From: Mobula hypostoma
Lineage: Eukaryota
Assembly: GCF_963921235.1 (NCBI RefSeq)
Contig: NC_086117.1
Coordinates: 30,504,001-30,568,000, forward strand
Reading direction: 5' to 3'
Length of the DNA stretch: 64,000 bases
Position 1 is the first letter of the stretch, and the number at the start of each line of letters is the position of its first letter. The notes beneath the pieces are model-generated. The model was not told where the DNA came from, did no database searches, and saw nothing but the letters and a program-made list of their open reading frames with translations. Made by a program: the position numbers and the translations under genes. Positions 62,538 to 64,000 of the stretch are shown here, in pieces.

Positions 62538-62890
62538 ATCAGAATCAGGCTTATTATCACTGACGTATGTTATGAAATGCTCAGCATTGTGGCAGTAGAG
62601 AGCAAGGCATAAAAAAATGATAGGATACAGTAAAAATAAAGCCAATTGTGCAGAAGAAGTATAACAAGATAGGGTTCACGGACCATTCAGATATCGAATG
62701 GCAAAAGGGAAAAAGCTGTTCCTGAAGCATTAAATGTGCATCTTCAGTACCTCCTCCATAATGATAATAATGACAGGGGTTGTCCTGGGTGATGATGGGT
62801 CTTAATGATGGACATCACTTTCCTAAGGCTCCATCTTTTGAAGATGTCCTTGACGGTGGGGATGCCTGTGATGGAGATGGCTGAGTCTGG
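62538..62890 (-). mobile_element. Rex1/Babar-type LINE 3' fragment
   Basis: atcagaatcaggcttattatcactg tail; reverse complement of the sequence type at 25430-25697. Confidence 0.7.
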
Positions 62891-64000
62891 GGTCTAGGAG
62901 TATAATAAATTAGCCATGATGAGGCCACAAGACCATGAGACATAGGAACAGAATTAGGCACTTTGGCCCATCGAGTCTACTCCAGGACAGAATGGTGGAG
63001 CAGACTTAATGGGCCGAATAGCTTCTGCCTTATGATCTAACCCTTTGCAGCCTCTTGCTTTCCTGTGAATTGGAGCCTCCATACCAGACGGTACCAGGTG
63101 GTAATATTCCCAACTATTCCCAATGATTGCTTTGTTTGTTGAATTCTTTCACACACTTCTTTAATATGTCTCAGTTTCTTCCATTCTGAACAAAACAAAT
63201 TCTTTACATTGCTTTCTCTAAGGAAAAGAAATTCCATTAATATCACCACTTACATTTTAAACAAGAGAATATTCACCCCATTTCTTACGAGTGAAGTGTG
63301 ACATGATTGGCTCCTTAGCACAGAAATGTTCAAATAAACACACCTCTGCCACAATCCACAATACCCTGTACTGCTGCCACCCACTGGCATATTTATTCTC
63401 TTACACTGCATGGTCCTCCTTGGTTACTGTCTGCAGTATCACAGACTTAAGTAAGGTCTTTCTCCTTTAGGAGGGAACCATTTAATCCTTCCATTGCAAT
63501 AAGCAGCCCTTCCACTGCAAAGTGCTCCATCTAGTGGCTCACTTTGCAAAAGGCAAAATAGTCAATAAAAATACGTGAGTTGCATGCAGAGCCAGACTTT
63601 CCTTCGAGTTTTCTTCTTTCTGGTCACTCAGTAAAGACCACAACTTGCTTCAAGATATCATCAAGTTCAGCATTGAAGAACATGACAGAAAAAATTTCTC
63701 AATGTGATACCTGTCTGAATGTGAAAATTATGAGAAGAGGCTGTTTATCAAACGAAATTACTTCTCTTTTAAGAATGTGGCATTTCAGTTATCTATTGAA
63801 AGGACAAGTCATTGCACTTCACTGAAGCTTGGTAGAAAAAGTTGATTAAACGTTTTCTGAAATTTCATGGTAACTCACTAAACTAACTTGCCCCTGCCTT
63901 CACCTACCAGTGTAAGGGGTCATAGACCCCCATGGTGGCACAGAAACAAATGGGATTCAAAGATGAAAGGTCACTTAGGAATATCAATCTGAAACCAATG

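Overview
AT-rich, CpG-depleted vertebrate genomic DNA. The repeat repertoire (CR1 LINEs, Rex1/Babar LINEs, Penelope-like elements, V-SINEs, Deu-domain SINEs) points to a cartilaginous fish, probably a ray or skate; this is an inference. The only host coding sequence I can identify is one 142-bp minus-strand exon (55611-55752) of astrotactin-2 (ASTN2, fibronectin type III region), which the ORF track misses. The whole window is therefore most likely ASTN2 intron: >55 kb downstream and >8 kb upstream of this exon. Most long ORFs in the track are transposon remnants or artefacts of a 30-bp minisatellite. Notable structures: (1) a three-layer nested insertion (Deu-SINE > gag/protease-only Gypsy element > Penelope element) with both target-site duplications preserved; (2) many Penelope-derived minimal hammerhead-ribozyme motifs, including fold-back arrangements and a cluster 1.2-2.3 kb upstream of the exon; (3) a V-SINE with twin-priming-type inversion geometry; (4) a three-TIR Tc1 derivative; (5) a young solo LTR; (6) an RTE/Sauria-like SINE; (7) a speculative ASTN2 poison or alternative terminal exon. 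No prokaryotic-type system, CRISPR array, rRNA or true tRNA gene is seen. Family assignments rest on recalled consensus sequences, not on searches. Repeat boundaries without a TSD or TIR are approximate.
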